A stretch of DNA of 63,690 nucleotides, the filler included, from Reclinomonas americana ATCC 50394 (Eukaryota), in the NCBI GenBank assembly GCA_048213135.1. It is 4 parts of 3 records of this genome, joined end to end, with 100 filler letters (N's around TTAATTAATTAA, not from the genome) between each part and the next. Parts side by side here need not be neighbours in the genome. Positions count along the whole stretch, not along the records: positions 27,190 to 48,663 come from PS015510.1; positions 48,764 to 60,286 come from PS015510.1; 2 more parts are not named here. One strand, written 5' to 3'. This document shows positions 38,285 to 56,600 of the stretch, piece after piece. The position numbers and the translations under genes were made by a program. The notes under the pieces are model-generated. The model worked only from the letters and a program-made list of their open reading frames with translations, did not search any database and had not been told where the DNA came from. Positions within the stretch are counted from its first letter, which is position 1. The number at the start of each line of letters is the position of its first letter.

Positions 38285-40295
38285 AACTCACCGACCACGG
38301 CACCCGACATGCACGCTGAGCTCGTTGACGGCGGCCACCAACGCACTCCACGCCATTTGATGCGCCGCCACGGTCGACACGANNNNNNNNNNNNNNNNNN
38401 NNNNNNNNNNNNNNNNNNNNNNNNNNNNNNNNNNNNNNNNNNNNNNNNNNNNNNNNNNNNNNNNNNNNNNNNNNNNNNNNNNNNNNNNNNNNNNNNNNNN
38501 NNNNNNNNNNNNNNNNNNNNNNNNNNNNNNNNNNNNNNNNNNNNNNNNNNNNNNNNNNNNNNNNNNNNNNNNNNNNNNNNNNNNNNNNNNNNNNNNNNNN
38601 NNNNNNNNNNNNNNNNNNNNNNNNNNNNNNNNNNNNNNNNNNNNNNNNNNNNNNNNNNNNNNNNNNNNNNNNNNNNNNNNNNNNNNNNNNNNNNNNNNNN
38701 NNNNNNNNNNNNNNNNNNNNNNNNNNNNNNNNNNNNNNNNNNNNNNNNNNNNNNNNNNNNNNNNNNNNNNNNNNNNNNNNNNNNNNNNNNNNNNNNNNNN
38801 GCGGATGCTGTGTGCGTGATGGTGTTCAGGACAGCGTTGATGTATCAGGAAGAGCGAGACAAGACATACCACCGCGTCACTGCCGGCGGGCAGCAGCGAG
38901 TACGGGCCGCCACAATCAAACGTGTTGATGACGTCGACCAGCATGTAGCTCTCGTCGCCGTCGTCGTCGTCAGTGTGCCGAGCATTCTTCTCGTTGAGGC
39001 CCGACAACCCCGACACCAGCTGGTCGCCACTCGGCGCCGGCGACACGCCGAGACCACCAAAGAGCGGCACCTCCTGTTCCCTCTCGCCAACTGCACCTGC
39101 TCGTGCGTTCTTGTGCTCGTCGTCTCCTTCCGCCTCTTCATCGTCGTCTACCATTCGTGTTCGGCACTGCGCGAGAGAGGCGTGAGATGGTGAGGAAAAG
39201 AGAGAGAGAGAAGAGGACACAATTAAAGGTCTCCGCACCAATGCGTATCCGAGCAGTGCGCCCTCTGGCACGCCCGGTACTCCAGTGCTTTCCAGGTACA
39301 AAACTGTGTGTGACATGCTGGCCAAATCCTCGTCCGCGTCGAGATCCAGGGCCTAGAGGGCGAGAGAGTGAGGAGAGGTGAAGAGACGGAAGAGTCGTAT
39401 GATGAACAGACAGAGAGACGCGATGCGTGATGAGGCGGCAGTGGGCATTGAGAAGGAGCAACAACACGACAGGCACAGGCGCGCAAAACAACACCACGCA
39501 ATACCACACCCACACACACACACACAAAGAGAGAGAGAGACATCCCTTTCTCTTATGAGACAGGAGATGGGCGAGATGGAGAAAACAGCCACCCATCATC
39601 CCTCACCCCTACTCCCCACTCAACATCAATGACACCCTGCGTGGACGGCAGCTCCAAGTCCGCAATCATCCGCAAGTGCGCTCGCATCGGTGGCGCCGGC
39701 AGAAACGGCACCTCGAACGAGCACAGCCCCGCGTGTGGCGACCGTGATTTTGAATGCTAATAATGACAGGTGATCAGCACACCAAGGATGGATGGGAGAA
39801 GAGAGAGAGAGACATGGAGGACAGCCCAACCTCAGCAATCGCTCGCTTGACCAACTCGCCCAACTCCGTGTTCTCCTCGTCGTCGTCCTCAGCAGCAGAG
39901 GCTTCTTCACCACTGCAGGGGTGAGAAAAGTGGAAGGCAGTGAGAAAAAAGGGGAAGGGGGTAAGAAGGGAGGACATGAGAAGGCTGTGTCTCGGCGCGT
40001 CGCGTCTTCGTCGCTCTTTTGCTGAAGTATTGGTCTTGGTGGATCCCCCAGAGCAGTCTCTCTCTCTCTCTCTCTCTCTCTCATCTGTCGATAGCTTTCT
40101 GAAATNNNNNNNNNNNNNNNNNNNNNNNNNNNNNNNNNNNNNNNNNNNNNNNNNNNNNNNNNNNNNNNNNNNNNNNNNNNNNNNNNNNNNNNNNNNNNNN
40201 NNNNNNNNNNNNNNNNNNNNNNNNNNNNNNNNNNNNNNNNNNNNNNNNNNNNNNNNNNNNNNNNTCGTCACACACCCTCGTTGTCTGCTCTCATG

Positions 40296-40335
<40 letters not shown>

Positions 40336-40929
40336 GTGCAGTTTTTCCTTCTTACATCCCTCCCCTTTTCTCATTTTCCCCCTTTCCCCTTTTTCCGTGC
40401 CAGAGTGGCCCACTCAACATGGAACTCGCCGAGGCCTGCGCCGTCGGATCACCCACAATGATCTGCGCCTCAAATGCATCCTTCTTGCCCTGCAAATCAC
40501 TCTATCACAATGGCGGAGTTGAGCAAACTGACACTCAATGTGTTACGAGAACGTGAGTGAGAGAGAGGCACCTCTGGCTGGAAGGTCTCTTGCAGCACAT
40601 GCTCGTCCTCTGTGCGCACAATGAGTGAGACACACAGTGTGACTCATTGATTGTGAGTTGCTCTTTTCACCTTCCACCACTCCGCCTTCTCGCTCCCACT
40701 GGCGCCTAATCATGTGCGCCAGAGGTTGTTCAATGACCGCACGCTGTTTGCGTGTGTGATAGAGTGAGTTGAACACAGACACAAACTGACACTTCTTCTT
40801 CTTGTGTGTGTGCGCAACATCGGATTGACGCGAGGAGAAGAGGGCGATGGGTGTGCGGAGAATGGCATTCCAGCGAGAGGTGGCGAGTGGTGTGGGAGTG
40901 AAGAGACGAGCGCCCACGCGCCACCACAT
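37066..40929 (-). CDS. Unknown multi-exon protein with a mitochondrial presequence-like N-terminus
   Basis: MWWRVGARLFTPTPLATSRWNAILRTPIALFSSRQ is Arg/Ser/Thr-rich with no acidic residues. GT-AG exons continue across two gaps to a long last exon. Confidence 0.5.
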
Positions 40930-41384
40930 GATTGATTGATTGATAGGTGTGTCCTCTGAAGTTGTTTGAACGACGGAGGGCGTGAGCCGTGTGAGACTGC
41001 AGGTGCTGTTGTGTAGTACGTGGGGTGTCTCAACATGTAGCCACTTTGAAAGAGACGAAAGCGATTTGCACGAGTCGGAGAGGTCGACGTTTGTGAATAT
41101 CTCCGACGTTCGAGTCATCTACAGGTGCTGCTCTGTAGCACGCACTTCAGCTGAGCTTGTAGACCCTTGCAGGAGACGAATGCTGTCGAGGCAAGGCAGA
41201 GGGGTCGACGGTCTGCGTGAGGCACCCGTGCGAGGTTGTTCTGGGTACTCCGCTGAGACTCACCAGATCAGGTTGCAAACTCTTGCGAGACACGATAGTG
41301 GGTTAGTGAAGCCGCTCCTTCGTCATTCGTATTCCACCGACTCGGCTATCGTGCCCTGCTCCATCTCCAACAACTCCAGATGTG

Positions 41385-41705
41385 CAATCTCTCCGTCGAC
41401 AGATACTTATCTTGACTAACAACGCAGTTGTGCTCTCGTCCTTCCCCCTCACGCGCCCTTCTCCCGATACGTGCAATCTCTCCGTCGACACAAACAAACC
41501 TTGACTGGCAACACAGTTGTGCTCTCGTCCTCCTTTCCCCTAAAGCACCCTTCTCCCGATACATAAACTTGCCCTGACTGGAAACGCAGCTGTGCTCTCG
41601 CCCTGCCCCCACGCTGTCTTCTCCCGATACATAAACTTACCTTGAATAGACTGCTGGCAACGCAGTTGTGCTCTCGTCCTCCTTTCCCCTCGCGCACCCT
41701 TCTCC
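41385..41705. repeat. Tandem ~70-90-bp repeat
   Basis: CAG(T/C)TGTGCTCTCG..CTTCTCCC(GATAC) occurs four times. Confidence 0.8.
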
Positions 41706-41721
41706 CAACACGACCCTTCAA

Positions 41722-47464
<5,743 letters not shown>

Positions 47465-47553
47465 TAAAGTCACTTTGATGAGACTTCAATTGGTCGGCGA
47501 TTTGTTGGTGTTGTGCGTGTTATGTTGTTGTTGNNNNNNNNNNNNNNNNNNNN

Positions 47554-48042
47554 GTTCGCGCATCGTTCCACACTGTCGCGACGAATGAGTGACGAGTGAA
47601 GGGGAGAGAGAGAGAGAGGCTGCGCGTGCCGACGCAACAAATGGCATTATGCAGCGGCTGACCCGTGGTCTTGTCCCAGGCAACCGTCGACTCTCGCTGA
47701 TTCGTGATGCCAAACTACCGGTCGCCGCACTGGTCAGAGCGAGCGAGTGCGACGTACAATCACAGAGACACACATACACACCGCGACAACTCGACTCTTG
47801 TCCACTCCGGCCTTGCTAATCGCCTGTCGCATGCACTCGAGCGACGACGACAAAATCGACATGGGATCGAGCTCGGACCATCTAATAATACGGTGAGCAT
47901 TGAAAAAGGAAAAGAATGCTGACTTGAGCAGGAGGTTGACGCAACGCTGGCTGTGGGTGCACGGGTGTGAGCTCGATTTGATGCGACGCGACCACCTCGA
48001 AGGTGTCGGCGCGGTATAACAGGAAGCGCGTGGAGGAGGTGC
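47554..48042 (-). CDS. GK: Glycerol kinase, N-terminal exons (on a mis-oriented contig)
   Basis: [30 protein letters not shown] and [31 protein letters not shown]. Confidence 0.92.
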
Positions 48043-48119
48043 CTGCGCAAGGAGAAGAGATATTAAGAAAGGGAGACAAAGAAGTCAAGGAGAAGTAAAA
48101 GGAGATGAGAGCGGAAATT

Positions 48120-48565
48120 CGCAAGAGAGGAAGCCCGCTTGAAGTGAGAAGGCGAGACAGGAGAGGAAACGGAGAATGTGAGTGCAAGCCCACTAAGCGA
48201 GAAGGCATTCTGGTGAGTCGAGAGAGGAGAGGAGCCAAGAAACGCATCCACGCAAGCCCACTTGAAGCAAGCACGCATTCTGATGAACCGAGACAAGAGA
48301 GGAAACGGAGAAATGCGAGTGCAAACCCAGTTGAAGGGAGGAGATATTCTGATGGATCGGGGAGGAGAGGTGGCGGAGAAACGAATGGGTGCAAGCCCAC
48401 ATGAAGCGAGAAGGCATTCTGGTGAATCGAGAGAGGAGAGGAGCCAAGAAACGCATTAACGCAAGCCCAGCTGAAGCAAGACCGCATTCTGATGAACCAA
48501 GCGGAGAAACACAAGTGCATGTGCGCGCCAGATGCTCACTTGAAGCAAGCACGCATTCTGACAAA
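48120..48565. repeat. Degenerate intronic tandem repeats
   Basis: Recurring GCAAGCCCA..GAAGC(A/G)AG..GCATTCTG(A/G)TGA units. Confidence 0.75.
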
Positions 48566-48626
48566 GCAAGCGAGGAAGCACAACGCCCAATGCAGAGAAA
48601 CACACACTCTCACTCTCTCTCTCTCA

Positions 48627-48663
<37 letters not shown>

Positions 48664-48707
48664 NNNNNNNNNNNNNNNNNNNNNNNNNNNNNNNNNNNNN
48701 NNNNNNN

Positions 48708-48719
48708 TTAATTAATTAA
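48708..48719. other. Artificial six-frame-stop scaffold linker
   Basis: TTAATTAATTAA flanked by N runs. Confidence 0.95.
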
Positions 48720-48763
48720 NNNNNNNNNNNNNNNNNNNNNNNNNNNNNNNNNNNNNNNNNNNN

Positions 48764-50537
48764 ATCGGCGTTGTGTCAGGAGTTGACGCAGTCGGTGAGC
48801 GGGAGGGCGGATTTGCCGTTGCCGGAGGGAATGGATGCGCGATATGTGTTTGCCGAGCGCTGTGGACTGCCCATTTCCACGTACTTTAGTGGTGTGAAGA
48901 TTGCGTGGATGCTGCGAAATGTTGCGCTGACCGTGGCCTCCTCCTTGCTTTCCTCGTTGCTCGCTCACACTCTTCTTCGGTGAAAGATTCCCGAAATCCG
49001 TGAAGCCTACGACGCCGGTCGCTGCCTCTTTGGCACGGTCGACAGCTGGCTGATTTGGGTGCGCCTTCTGTGTCTCTCTCTTGGTGCCGTGCCGTGCACT
49101 CATCCACTCGCAGAACCTGACTGGCGGTGCCACGGGAGGAGGCGTGCACCGCACCGACGTGACAAATGCCAGCCGCACGCTGCTCTTCGACATCAAACAG
49201 CACCAGTGGGACCCACAGGCGTGTGAATTCTTTGGCGTTGATCCCGCCAAGGCGCTGCCGACTGTGCACTCGAATGCCGAGCCGTTTGGCGTGGTGGCAG
49301 TGGGAGACGCGCAGATTGACGGAATCGCCATTACCGGTTGCATCGGCGATCAGCAGTCGGCACTCGTCGGTCAGTGCTGCCATCGACCGGGCGAGGCGAA
49401 GAATACGTTGCGCGCACTCGATGTTGTTGCCGTCGTCGACTCTCGTTCTCTTCCAACGCCTTGTCCATTTCCGCGCAGCTACGGAACGGGTGCGTTCCTG
49501 CTCGCCAACACCGGCACCACGTGCCCGTTCTCGCGCCACGGCCTCCTCTCCACGATTGGATACCAAATGGGCGCCTCCTCGCAAGTGGTGTACGCGCTGG
49601 AGGGTGCCATTGCGGTCGCCGGATCGGGATTGCGCTGGCTGCGCGACAACATGGGCGCACTGCGCAACTACTCGGAAGGCGAGTCGATTCTGAAGGAGGT
49701 GCAGGACACGGGCGGCGTGTACTTTGTGCCCGCCTTCGGCGGTCTCTTTGCGCCCCACTGGCGGGAGGATGCTCGCGGGTGCGGTTTCAGCAGGCCTCCA
49801 TGACGGAATGAGTGTCGTGCCCCTCACTTCTTCTTCCCCGTGTAGCATCATCGTCGGCCTGACGGCGTACTCGGAGCGGCGTCACATTGTGCGCGCCATG
49901 TACGAGGCCGTGTGCTACCAGACGCGTGAGGTGCTGGAGGCCATGTCGCTTGACTCGGGCATTCCAGTGCTGCAGGTCAGCGTCGACGGCGGAATGACCA
50001 TCAACACGGCGTTTGTGCAGCTGCAAGGTTGGTGATGCTCGTTGATGATGCAGCGGGTCTTTGCGCTGCTCATTTTTGTCGTCCTTGTGCCCGCAGCGGA
50101 TCTGCTCGGCATTCCTGTAGGTTACGTGTCTGTGCGATTGCGGTGTTGTTACCACCGACACTGACATGCGTGCGCTGCAGTGAAACCAGCGGATGCGGAA
50201 ACCACTGCACTTGGTTTGTCTTTTTTTCTCCTGCAGCCATTATTTGCATACGTTATCTCACCCTTCCCCGCAGGCGCCGCCTTTTGCGCCGCCATCGGCA
50301 GCGGTCTCTTCTCCGACCTGGACGACTTGACCTCGGTGAGTTTTCCTTCTCAGAACTGTCGATCTTGGCGGGAGGAGTCTCACGAAAAACAATCAGAAAC
50401 TCGGTCGCCGCCCAGCTTCCGTGTACGAACCGCACCTGGACGCCGAAGCCCGCGAGCACCGCTTCGCCTTGTGGAAGAAAGCCGTCGTCCGTTCCTTCGA
50501 TTGGGCCTCACACGACGCCGTCCATCAACCCGAGTGA
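48764..50537 (+). CDS. GK: Glycerol kinase, remaining exons
   Basis: GLPISTYFSGVKI, FGTVDSWLIWNLTGG, TDVTNASRT, GDQQSALVG, AKNTYGTG, YALEG, FVPAFGGLFAPHW, VDGGMT, ETTALGAA and WKKAV; TGA at 50535-50537. Confidence 0.97.
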
Positions 50538-50618
50538 TCGAAAAAAAGGCGACACAAAAAGACAATTAAAACTCCGCGCGGGTTGCTCGCACTTTTGCGC
50601 AAACTTCGTGTTCCGACG

Positions 50619-53600
50619 ATGAGCGGGGAAGGTTTGTGATCCCAGTTGAAGTCACTTTGATCATCATCATCGTTGTCATCATCAAAGTGCGCAGACTCCA
50701 GCAGCAGCAGCGACGAGGAATACTCGACTCGCAAACAACCAGTGCGCACTCAAACACTCTGTCTCTCTCACGCTTTCACTCACTCTTACTCGCTCACTCA
50801 CACACAGGTTGACAATGATCAGCACATGAGCGATGTTGTCGGTGTGCTCAGTCGCGAGTCTCTGCGTGGCATTGCCGCAGCAGTGGAGAAGTCCGACAAG
50901 GCCAAGGCTGAGATGGCCGCACTCAAAGTTGAACAAGACACACACAGAGAGAGTGAGTGTCACACATGCACACACTGCTCACACACACACGCTCTTCTGC
51001 AGGCGCAAGCGCGAAAGCGACAACAGCGCGGGCTTGTTGCGCGTTTGCGTCGCGAGTTGCATGAATTGGAGACGACTCCGCAACTGCATCGTGTGCGCTT
51101 TCGCACGCGCAAGGAAGAGCTCAGTGAGGCACTGGAGAAGGCGCTCTCGCAGCAAGCTGGCGAAGAGGATGTGCTGATGCGCGGGTCGCGACAGCCGATC
51201 ATTCCGATGGGAAGGCCGATGCATGTGGCGAGAAAGGCGGAGAAGGCGAAGGAGCAGGAGAAGGCGAAGGAGAAGGACTCTGCTGCTGCTGTTGCTGTGG
51301 AGGAGGAGAGTGACAGCGAGTTTGAGGAGGTGGACGCGTCGGGAGAGCCTGTGACGACGCTGGAGGAGACCGACGACGGTGTGGAGGAGCAAGACAAGAA
51401 GGCATCATCGCCGTCGGTGTCGGAGGACGACAGCGAGGAGGAGGAGGTCAAACCTGCGAGGAAGCCCACTGCGAAGCGAGGCAAGAAGGCGCCGTCGCCG
51501 TTGGTGTCGGAGGAGGAGGTCAAGCCGGTGAAGCAGCGTGCTGCGAAGCGAGGCAAGAAGGCGCCGTCGCCATCTGCCTCGGAGGAGGACGACAGTGAAG
51601 AGGAGGTCAAGCCGGTGAAGCAGCGTGCTGCGAAGCGAGGCAAGAAGGCGCCGTCGCCGTCTGCCTCGGAGGAGGACAACGAAGTGGGGGAGGTCAAGCC
51701 AGCAAGGAAGCCCGCTGCGAAACGTGGCAAAGAGGCGCCGTCGCCGTCGGCCTCGGAGGAGGAGGACAGTGAGAAGGAGGTCAAGCCGGTGAAGCAGCGT
51801 GCTGCGAAGCGAGGCAAGAAGGCGCCGTCGCCATCTGCCTCGGAGGAGGACGACAGTGAAGAGGAGGTCAAGCCGGTGAAGCAGCGTGCTGCGAAGCGAG
51901 GCAAGAAGGCGCCGTCGCCATCTGCCTCGGAGGAGGACGACAGTGAAGAGGAGGTCAAGCCGGTGAAGCAGCGTGCTGCGAAACGTGGCAAGAAGGCGCC
52001 GTCGCCATCTGCCTCGGAGGAGGACGACAGTGAAGAGGAGGTCAAGCCGGTGAAGCAGCGTGCTGCGAAGCGAGGCAAGAAGGCGCCGTCGCCGTCTGCC
52101 TCGGAGGAGGACGAGGTGGAGGAGGTGAAGCCAGCGAGGAAGCCCGCAGCGAAACGAGGCAAAAAGGCGCCGTCGCCGTCTGCCTCGGAGGACGACAGCG
52201 AGGAGGAGGTCAAGCCGGTGAAGCAGCGTGCTGCGGAGCGAGGCAAGAAGGCGCCGTCGCCGTCTGCCTCGGAGGAGGACGAGGTGGAGGAGGTCAAGCC
52301 AGCGAGGAAGCCCGCTGCGAAACGAGGCAAGAAGGCGCCGTCGCCGTTGGTGTCGGAGGACGAAGTGGAGGAGGTCAAGCCGGTGAAGCAGCGTGCTGTG
52401 AAGCGAGGCAAGAAGGCGCCGTCGCCGTCTGCCTCTGAGGAGGAGGAGGTGGAGGTCAAGCCAGCGAGGAAGCCCGCTGGCAAGCGAGGCAAGGCTGGGA
52501 AGAACAGCCGTCGGTCATCCAAATCTCGTGATGAGGACGATGAGGATTATGTGGCTGCAAGTGGCAGCGACAGCGCGAGTGCCAGTGATGGCGATGACGA
52601 CGACGATGCCAGCAGTGTCAGTCTGGACTCGGGGAGTGACTTTGTGGAGGAGTCGCCGACGCGAAGGCGGCAGAAGAAGGCGACACCAGAAAAGAAGAAG
52701 AAGGCGACACCGGCAAAGAAGAACACGCCAGTCAAGCGCATGGCATCGTCATCCGAGGACGAACACGAATCTGCACCGGCGCGAAAGAGGCCTCGTGTTC
52801 AGCCGGCGAAACGCAAGTCAAAAGCCGCCGTTGCCGCTGCCGCCCAAGAGAGCGACGTCAAGGAAGATGCCGATGGGGACGGCAGTGACTTTGAGGCGGT
52901 GGATGTGGACGAGGCGAAGGAGCAGGAGGCGCTCGCTGGTGGCGACGAAGCTGCGGCCGATGGAGACGACAGCAAGAAGAAGAAAAAGAAAAAGGCGGCA
53001 ACGGGGAAGAAGGCTGGAGGCAAGACGGGCAAGCGGGCTGCCCCAGCGTGGCGACCGTCGGCACAAGACAAGGAGCGCGCCTTGGAGGCACACAAGGTGC
53101 ACTTGCTGCTCCTCGTGCACGAGCAGGTACTGCTGAGCCAGTTGTGCGATGACGATGACCTCCACGTTGCGTAGCGATGGTGGAAAGAGGGGGCAAATCA
53201 CTCGGGTGGACACTCACAACCATTGGCTCACTGCAGGGCGTTCTGCTGTCGCTCATGTGTTCGGCAGCTCCGTCGGAACTGGTCGACCCAGAGCAGACGC
53301 TGGATGTGCGCCTGCCGTTGCTCATGCGGTGGCTGTCGGAGACGTTTGAGCTGAAGCCGCCGCCGGCGGTCACCGAGGCGCAACAGACAGCCTCCACGAC
53401 CGACTTGCTCGCTGCGGTGGAGGCACGCACTGTGTCCGGTCTCGACATGACTCTGGTTTGTGCTGGCGACTCGACAAGTGTCTGCCATTATGTTGACAGT
53501 CCACGCTTCCTGTTGCCAGTTGTTTGTAGCCTGCTGTCGCGCGCTCTCGCTACTGGCGCGGTTGGTGGTCTCCCTGCGACCCGTGTCGCCCAAGCCGCAG

Positions 53601-56600
53601 CGACCGGAAATCATTGACGTGGACAAGGAAGCGGCGGAGGCGGCAACCGGGATTGAACTGCGTGGGCAGGGTGTGACCATCAAGGTGGAGGAGAGGAAGG
53701 GGGGAGGTGAGTGTGAGGGAAAGGAGAAGGGGGATGGGAGGGGAAGGGCGGAACGGGGGAAGGTGGAAAGAGAAGAGAGGAGCCTGCTGACGTGAAGACT
53801 GGGTTTCATTTTTGAAGCTTCCTGTATGTTTGGACTTGTCATTCGTGTTTCCTGTTTGTTGACGGATGGGTTGGTGTTGAGGCAGAGAGAGGCAGTGGGA
53901 GTAAAGGAGCACTGAAGAGCACTGGAGAAGCAGAGAGAAAGGGAGAGGACAGAGGATGAGAACAGAGATGCAAGTCGGAGCGAGAAGAAGTGGCGGTTGG
54001 AGATGGATGAAAAAAGGCAAGGGGTGACACTAGAGAGTTGGAGAAGAACACTGGAGTGCGTTAGAGTGGCAAAGGCAACTGGAGAAGCAGAGAGAAAAAG
54101 GAGAGGAAGCAAGGTGAGATTGAGCATGGGAGATAATGAGAACAGGAGATGTAAGTTGGAGCAAGTGGCAATGCAAAGGGCGACGGAGAGTGGAGAGCGC
54201 AGGAGAGTAGGGGAATGAGAAACAGGGAGAAAGAGGACAGAGCGAGGAATGTCGAAGAGAATGAAAACTAACAGGAACTCGAGACATGCGTGTTTTATGT
54301 GCTGATGCCGGCCCTTGTCTCTCACAAACAGATGACGACATGGAGCCAATCATCGTGATGAGCGACAGTGACGACGCAGTAGCAGCAGCGACCGCGAGCA
54401 CCGCCACGACGGCGACTACGACCACTGCACCGGAGGCTACAGACGATTCTGCACCACCGCGGAAGAAGAGCAAGGTGTCGAAGGAAGGTGCGCTGTCAAT
54501 CCGCTGTGTTTTGCCACGATGGCTGTGTGGTCTCAGTAATCTCGTTGTTCGATCTGTAGACAAGCTCGGCAAGGCCACCAGTTTCGCATCACATCCCAGT
54601 CTGTCGTTTCTCTGTTATCTCTCACTGCAATGCGCATGCTTCACAGAACTCGAGACCAATGCTGATGCTGGTGGCGAGGATGATGCTGGTGAGACCGACT
54701 TTGTGTGTCTTGGGTTGCTTGCATGGCATTCTCACCAAGCTGCTGAGCAGGCGATGAGAAGACGACGAACAAGAAGAGAAGGAGGAGTACGGATGCGGAA
54801 AGCACCGAGGAGAAGCCAAAGAAGAAGACTGGTTTGCGCTGATTGTTTCGCTTGTCTGCGAGTGCCCCAGTACTGAACATCCTGATCAGTGAAACGCTCG
54901 GCGGTGACGCGCACCACCCCGCGAGTGCCGACGTCGTGGGTGGAGGTGTACGATGAGACGCGTACCAAGTGGCGAGGTATGTGAGTTATTCCAGCTCTGT
55001 AAAACGTCACTCATTCGTCCAACCTCACACACCGCGTGCGCGCGCCGCAGTGATTGACGTGGACCGGCGAGTGGTGGACGCCGAGTTGACGGCGTTTGAA
55101 AAGGCGTCGGAGCCACTGGCCTATGTGCTGGCCATTTGCACCGGGATTGTGCGCGATGTGACACCGCGGTATGCGCAAAAGTGGACCAAGACGGAGCCGC
55201 AGCGTGCACCCGATCGGTGGTGGATGGACACGTTGGGCAGGTCGTACCCGCCGGAGTTTGGTGGGGTGACAGAGGTGAAAAAGGGGGAAGGGGGAGAGAG
55301 GGGAAGGGTGGAGGTGGAGGGGAGGGGTGGGGTGGGGGGAAAGGCGGTGGTGATTGAGTGAGTTATTGCGAGGAAGGGTGAACTGAGAGAGTACATGATA
55401 GTAACTGCTGCTGCCTCGAGATTGGTGTCTGTGTTGATGCTTTAGATACGGTTGAACTTGGTCATCAAGACAGCTGTTGCTTGTTTGTTGGTGAATGAAT
55501 TTGTTGTTGTTAGATATGCAGCGTTGCGTGTCATGGTAAGACAAGAGATGTGTTGAGTGGAGCATTGTGCGAGAGTGGGGTTAGCAGAGAAGTATTTGTG
55601 ATGACAGCAGCAGAACTCAATGAGGTTACTCTGTGAGACATGAAGTGTAGCACTGAGCAACGGTTGGGTAAATAGAGTAGATGACAGAAGTGGACAACAT
55701 GAATGTGGTGAAAGTGAGAGGTTGGTGTACTATTGAGTGAGTGCCGGGTTGAAGGAGAGTGTACAGTTCACATAAATCAGCGCAGGCACCACGATCACAG
55801 TGGCCATCTCTGGTGCGCTCGTGTGTGTGTGAGAGAGAGTGTGTGTGTGTGTGAGTAAGTACAGGACGGAAGGCGACTAATTACTGGGAGCGGGAGGTGT
55901 AGAGTACAGAGATGTGGAGAGACAAGTCAAGAACAATGAAGGTATCAGAGCGCAGTATGTGAAGGGACGACAAGATGGGTGGGTTGAAGTGAAGAAACCT
56001 AGCAGTGGTGTGCGTGAAACAGGCGAGGGAATGTTACCGAGAGAGTCGTAGAGTGCGCAGTTTATTAGTGGCCTATGTGGTGGAAGATCAATGCTGTATG
56101 TGACCTAAAAAAACAGAATGGGTGGTTTGCAGTGGGGTGGAATTCTTTATCCGCGTGCGCGAGAGTTGTCAAAGAGTGTGCTGCACCTGATGATATTTCA
56201 CTGGGCACACACACAACAGATGGCATCCTATTAGTGAAGTTACCAAATTCTCCTATTCTCAACCACTGGTGATGTGCAGGAAATGTGGGATGCCGAATCG
56301 AAGGAACTGAATGTGGCGAGGGCACGAGAGGTATGGATTGGAGAAGAGGATGATCGTGTGCGTCGAGTGTCGCTGACTTCCTTCTCGTTAACTCAGGGCC
56401 TGCCCAAGGCGATTGGAGCATACAAGACGCACCCCCTGTTTCGTCGTATTGCGCTGCATCGAATGCACTCATGAGAGGATCTGACAGCACTACGCAGGTA
56501 CTGCATGGAGCGACACCTGACGAGGTATCAGGCCATTTACCCCAAGGAACCGGTGTTGGGATATGTGGCTGGCGAAGCAGTGTATCCGCGAGGTGTGCTC

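Noticed and set aside
50960..52522. 520-aa antisense ORF over the XPC repeat
   Set aside because: It is the shadow of a GC-rich sense-strand coding repeat.
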